The notes under the pieces were generated by a model, which saw only the letters and a list, made by a program, of their open reading frames with translations, was not told where the DNA came from and did no database searches. The position numbers and the translations under genes were made by a program. From Lama guanicoe (lineage: Eukaryota), in contig MU053810.1 of assembly GCA_013239625.1 (NCBI GenBank), positions 5,800,122 through 5,864,121 on the forward strand: a DNA stretch of 64,000 nucleotides, written 5' to 3'. Positions 1 to 64,000 of this stretch are shown piece by piece (position 1 is the first letter of the stretch; each line of letters opens with the position of its first letter).

Positions 1-1968
1 ACTTTTCTGACAAGAGCATTCTAGAGAGGCCTTATAGAATGAATAATATGACAACAGTACCAGACAGGTCTTATGAAGTGAATAACTCTTAACAGATGAA
101 GGGAGAAGCCTTTACTGAAATAATTTCATATAACCATTAATAAACACTATGTAAAAGGTAGATCACATTTTTTACATGAGTTGAATGTAAGATTACTATC
201 TTTTCTCCACAAAGCTCTTTTCCTAAATAGCTACTTCTCGGACCTTTATGTTTATTTCTAGGTGAGGACTATGTCCTGATGGTGGAAGTAGTCTGAAGTC
301 CAACATTAATAAGGAGAATGCATCTGCAGTTTTACTTAAACTTTTCCATTTACCAAAAACATAGAAAGGTGAGAAAATTATACATAGGAAGACAATGTAT
401 CAGCAAGTTTTAATTCTAATGATTTGTAATTAGGAGGATTCTCTCATAACTGGCAGTTTGCAGACTATGTCCCATAGAAATGGAAGGTCCCACTGGGGAC
501 ACTGCAGGATTGAGGGACAGAGAAGTCACAGCTTCAGAGTCTCCATTGTTCCTTTACCTCAACAGCTCTACTTGTCTCTGTTTTATATAATACAGTTTCA
601 TGGGGGGAAAAATGTTTTCTGAAAAGGTTCTTTTCTTTGAATAAAAATGTTTCAATTGTCTTTCTTTGAAAAAAAAATTTAAGGTATGAAAATCATTGAT
701 TTAGTCAAAGTCTCTAATTTTACACAAAAGGTAACAGGCTGAGAGAGACTAGCTTTCCTGAGGTCATAAAGCCAATGGTCTTCTTAGTCTAGAGTTCTAT
801 GCCAGCTACTTTCCTTGTATTAAGGGAAAACACATAAACTATAGTTTAACTATAACTGAGAGAAAATGAATATATAAAACTTTGTCATGTAGCTCAATAA
901 TATTTGAGGCATGAGACATGAAATAGTAGCTTTATAACCAAAATACACATTTTAAAGGCATGGACAAGAATAAAGGGACCAAAGTTTAGTATCATGACTC
1001 CTATTAGTAGCAGTCAATATACTCAGTTTATAAAGCAGAAAATTTTTCAATCACAGGACAGGGAACTTGAATGAGAAAAATTTTAGTTGAACCAAGAAAG
1101 CTGAAATTGAGGAGATTCTTCCTTAAAAGAATATTCGTTTCCTCCAAATAAAACTCAGTTTACCAGAATCAGTCAACAAACAAATTTAAGTTATTTTGTG
1201 GGTTATTTCTAGCAAAATTTAAAACACAAAACAGATTTCTCTTTATCCTCTAGCATACCTCTATCCAATCTCTCATCATTAGTTGGTATGTACAAAAGAC
1301 AAGAGCTTAATCTCAATTTAAATCTGGTCAGAATTTACAGGTGAACTTCATTTCTTTGGGCTCAAGCTTCCACGTGAGGACTGTCACTCCCTTTGCCCTC
1401 CCCCAACCGCTGAATCTGGGAGAAGGGACTAAGAAGTGCCTCCTTGGTTCTGAATCTCCTCCTTGGAAAGCTGTGTCTGCCCACAGCCTGGTGAACCGGG
1501 GTCTGCAGTTGGCAGAGCCCTGGGTGGGGGTCAGGCACCTGCTTCCTACCCTCAGCCTGCCTGAAGCACCTTGTTGGGATGAAGGATTCAGACCCCACTG
1601 TGGCTGCACATCTAAAGCACATCCTCCAATTCTTTCGGATGCTTTAGGACCTCACTGACTCAGGACTGCCTGACTCCTAGGTTCTGAACTCTGGAGGGGA
1701 AAAGAAGTGTCATTTGCCACCTTCCCCACCACAGTTCCAACAAGGAAGATGGCCAGACCACACCTGGAGAAACGTGTCTTTCTTCCCTGACTTTGTGATT
1801 AGTGCACATTGTTCAAAACAACCCCACTTTAAAGCAGGGAAAAGTTGAAAGGAACATTTTAGAGAAACATAGTGAAGCCAATGACAATACAAAGCACAAC
1901 AAATACAGATAAATATTCATTCATTCAACCATAATGTATTACCATTCAATTATATTTGAGATCACAGT

Positions 1969-2057
1969 GGGGGAGGGTGTAGCTCAGTGGTAGAATGCAT
2001 GCTGAGCACGCACAAGGCCTGGGGTCAATCCCCAGTACCTCCATTGAAAAAAAAAAA
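1969..2057 (+). mobile_element. tRNA-derived SINE (camelid Vic-1-like)
   Basis: ggggagggtgtagctcagtggtagaatgcatgctgagcacg...cccagtacctcc plus A tail; TSD tgagatcacag at 1957-1967 and 2058-2068. Confidence 0.88.
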
Positions 2058-5000
2058 TGAGATCACAGGCTGGAAAATAATGTTGTCCTCTCTTAGGTCA
2101 GTTTGATAAAAATAGACTCACCACACATGTACACACACACGTTCACTTCCAAAGTTAATATATTTTCAGATTATTGATACTTTAAAGTTAAAATTTGGTA
2201 TCATTCTTATTTTAAGTGTTATAAAAATAAGTACAACGATGGAAATGTAATACAATCAAGCCATTTAAACCACTTTGATTCATTATCCAATTGTAAATAG
2301 GTTAATGTATGAAGGAAATGACACTTGTCAGTTTGTAAATAGTAAACACATGTACGTGGCTGCAGAGAAAAGAAATGAGAAAGAATTTGTTGATCGAGGA
2401 GCTGAAAAATTAAGGAAGTACAAAGAAGTGAATGAAAGAAAAAGAACCGGAAAAAGTTGAGCGATTATCTTTCAAAAGATAAAATGCCTCCTCATTTGTC
2501 CATTCAGACAAAATGAAATGAGGGCAAGGGGGAGTCCACAGAGCAGAGAACTGATACCAGAAACAAGGTTACTGAACTCTGCCTCTGCCTTTTGAGAAAT
2601 GTTCTTAACTACTGTGATAGTTCGATTAGAATTAAAATTCAGAGTGGATGTGCCCTGTCTTGGAAGGCTACTTTTAAAAGAAACATGACCAGATTCTGCT
2701 GAGACACATGCTGTGTCACGTAAAAAGTGAAAAAGTCTTAGGAATATTAATTGTTTTAGCTCTGGTGCACTGGTATAATCCCATTTTGAAAAAGGGCTGT
2801 TAAACTGAATGGACATTTGACAAATTTAAAAATTACTTAAATAAATCATTAGAAAATGTTCAAAAGTGTCAGTAACACACCAAAAGTCCAAAATCAATCA
2901 GTATAAAATTTAATCTTCCTATTTAAAATAGATTTTGAATGACATTTATTAACTGTTTGTAGCCATGCATTGTGTTAGGCACAAAGATACTTAAAAGCTC
3001 TTGAGCATAAATCTTGAAAATAGAGAAATTTTATCTGTATAAAATTGTCTGGAATCAATTTTTAAGTTTTCAGTTTTTAGAAAAAAATTCTATATGCAAG
3101 AAAATCTAACAGTGATGTAACTGCCCAGGCTAATTGTAACTTTTTGTATTTTATACTAATATAACTAAATAATATGACTGAGTAAAACTGTAAAATTACT
3201 TCTGACATATAGGACAAAACATCCCAGAAATAAACTAGAATGTGAAATGAGGGTAAACATCAGCAAAACACATATGGGGTCATCTGTTACCACTACAATG
3301 GTGTCAAGCAACAAGGCTGTACTTCACATAGTGGTGAGAGAGGTGATAAATCCAGGTGTTAGGAGCGTGGAAAAAACTTGCTTCGACAACCAGCACGACT
3401 GAAATCACAGATTTAGAGCAATAATTTATTATAATTATTTTCCATCAAATTAGAAAAAAAGGCTGAGTGAGCTAGAACATCACAATAGGAACAGTCCAAA
3501 CTGTTAAAATCTTGCAAATAAAGGAGAATGATAAATTCAATCCCAAAGCCATTTTTAACATTTTACTTTCTAGAATCACAGCTTAAAAGCTTTAGAAGTC
3601 TGTTGTTTCGTAAAGCCCCATCCCAAAACCCATCCCTTCCTGTCATTTTAAACAGTATGTTCACAGCTCTCATAGCACTATTTTATGTTTTCCTAGCAGA
3701 GATAATTACATCCCTAACAGTTCCAGAAGGCATTTTCTTTCTGTAAGCCTAAGAATTCGGTAAACAGTAACTGTATAACTCTTGTGAGGTGCTCTGTAGT
3801 GATGATGAAGACGTGTCTTTGCATCTGGATAGAGTAGTGCTTTTTAATCTCCCTTGCTAAATCTAGCATGATTTGGCCCCAAGGCCCCACAGAAGAACTA
3901 CATGTACCTTGGAACTACAACACTGAATTTAAAATAAACTATTTTTCAATTTATCTAGAAGTACTAAAAAATAAACACCTCTTTCCTCCAAAAAAGTTAA
4001 AGGAAAAAATGTCCTCAGGAATTTTCTCTTGCATTTGCTTTTGTACTCACACACTTTCATTGTCATCTTGTAAAATGATACACTGACTGATATTTTTGGT
4101 GACAACTAATGAGAACATTTCAAGTTTGCATCACGCTTAGCAACTGACAGAAGGGTTTGCCATGCATTTCCTTTCTGCACCATGCAGTCCACTCTCACAA
4201 CTCTGAAGCACTTAGACCCAACTTAGCTGCAACACTAAGAAACCCGAGCTTTTTTCTTCTATTTATTTTTTATTTTATTATCACATGAAGCCAAGTGAGG
4301 AAAAAACAGGTTGAGACCTCACTTAACAAGGGCCCATGCTACCTTTCTCTGCATAAGAAGATCATGAAAACACCTCAAACCATAAACCAACGTGCACTGA
4401 TTTAAGTGGCTGTTTTAACAACAATGCTACACAATGGAAACTAGTTGTAATTTAAAGACTCCCTATCATTACCACGTCGGTATTTCTACAGGTGAGGGCA
4501 AGACAGAGACATAAGTGAACTTCATCTCAAAAATTTAAATATTTGCTTTACTTGACTATGTATTTAGAAATGTTATACAATTGCTCAGTAAGACATTTTA
4601 TAACAATTAAAATAAAAATGCTGTAAGTAAAATAGCAATTAAGGATGTACTCTTACAGAAGAAAATCATAATTTTAAACTTAAAAACTTAATGTTTTTAG
4701 TGTTACAAGTTTATTGAATTCATAAAAAGAATTTACCTTGGATTCCTTTAAATAAAAAACATCTGTATGTGGTTAAGTATCTGGATTTCAATCATACACC
4801 TATGCTTAGGGGTAGAAAAACCAGGGTGCAGCAAAACTTGAAAATTACTATGAACCAATGCCAAACTGGAATCAATCAGAAACTAAGCTAAACATCGGAG
4901 AGTATATCTCTGGTTATTAGGTAATAATATTTAATTTCTAAAATAGAATTTAAATGCAACTTTTAAAGAAATTTAAAATTTGTCAGTTTAGTTGCATTTA

Positions 5001-5213
5001 TTGAATAAAGTTAATGACAGGTATCTCTTAAAAATGAGAAACCCAGGGACTTAAAAAATTTATAAAATTTCCGTCTCCTTTGTTTATTCGCAAAATTAAG
5101 GCTTTTACTTAGTGTGCATGAGTCAAATAAACAACTCAGAATTTCACCAAATTAAAAATAAGAATAATGTCAGAAATCTGAAACCCAAGGGAAAAAAAGA
5201 TAATACAACTAAC

Positions 5214-63693
<58,480 letters not shown>

Positions 63694-64000
63694 CTGTAAA
63701 ATAGCAAAAACAGTTGATAATGTACAAAATTACATATTTCAAAGCTGAATTTAAAAACTCATAACAGTCTTTGAACTTAAACATATAATATAAAGTAAAT
63801 AAAAAGTAGCACTTCTTCCTCACCCCTCTGTGCTCCTCTTTAAAACGTTCTCCTTGACCTCTTCAAAAGATTAATCATGAAGTCATTCTCTAAAACTCAC
63901 TTCAAATGTCTACTGGTTCCAAGAATCTTTGCTTCTATCGCAGTGTCTATCAGGCCTTCTGTAGTTACCTTACTGCTCACCTACTACTCCCAACACTCTA

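Noticed and set aside
1969..2057. tRNA-Ala(AGC)-like genes (this copy and seven similar ones)
   Set aside because: They have A/AT-rich tails, target-site duplications and divergent stems, so they are tRNA-derived SINEs rather than tRNA genes.
1328..2816. Short ORFs at 1328-1658 and 2472-2816
   Set aside because: No recognisable protein similarity or convincing splice context; likely chance intronic ORFs.
4737..4762. Possible 26-nt micro-exon (cag|ATGTTTTTTATTTAA...AAG|gtaaat) ending the protein as MFFI*
   Set aside because: Poor polypyrimidine tract and no family similarity; the expected last exons probably lie left of the window.

Overview
Mammalian genomic DNA, very probably camelid (eight copies of a tRNA-Ala-like SINE matching my recollection of camelid Vic-1). 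One minus-strand gene fills the window: ANKRD26 or a very close paralogue. I traced 29 GT-AG coding exons from 63693 down to 5214 that splice into one uninterrupted frame of about 1469 codons (last ankyrin repeat, low-complexity linker, long coiled coil). The first and last exons lie outside the window. Introns hold ordinary repeats (L1, MaLR, MIR, MER DNA transposons) and one assembly gap (6045-6683). I see no new multi-gene system. The notable structures are: (1) a recent 391-bp tandem duplication giving two intact, frame-incompatible copies of the 73-nt exon; (2) two different processed mRNA retrocopies (a near full-length CCNI pseudogene and an unidentified 3' fragment) nested about 250 bp apart inside one old L1 ORF1; (3) a CpG-rich 5' UTR preserved on the otherwise decayed CCNI copy; (4) two ancestral family exons surviving as a fossil exon and a stop-containing cassette; (5) inverted SINE pairs around small exons. 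Human exon numbers and repeat family names come from memory, not from a database search.
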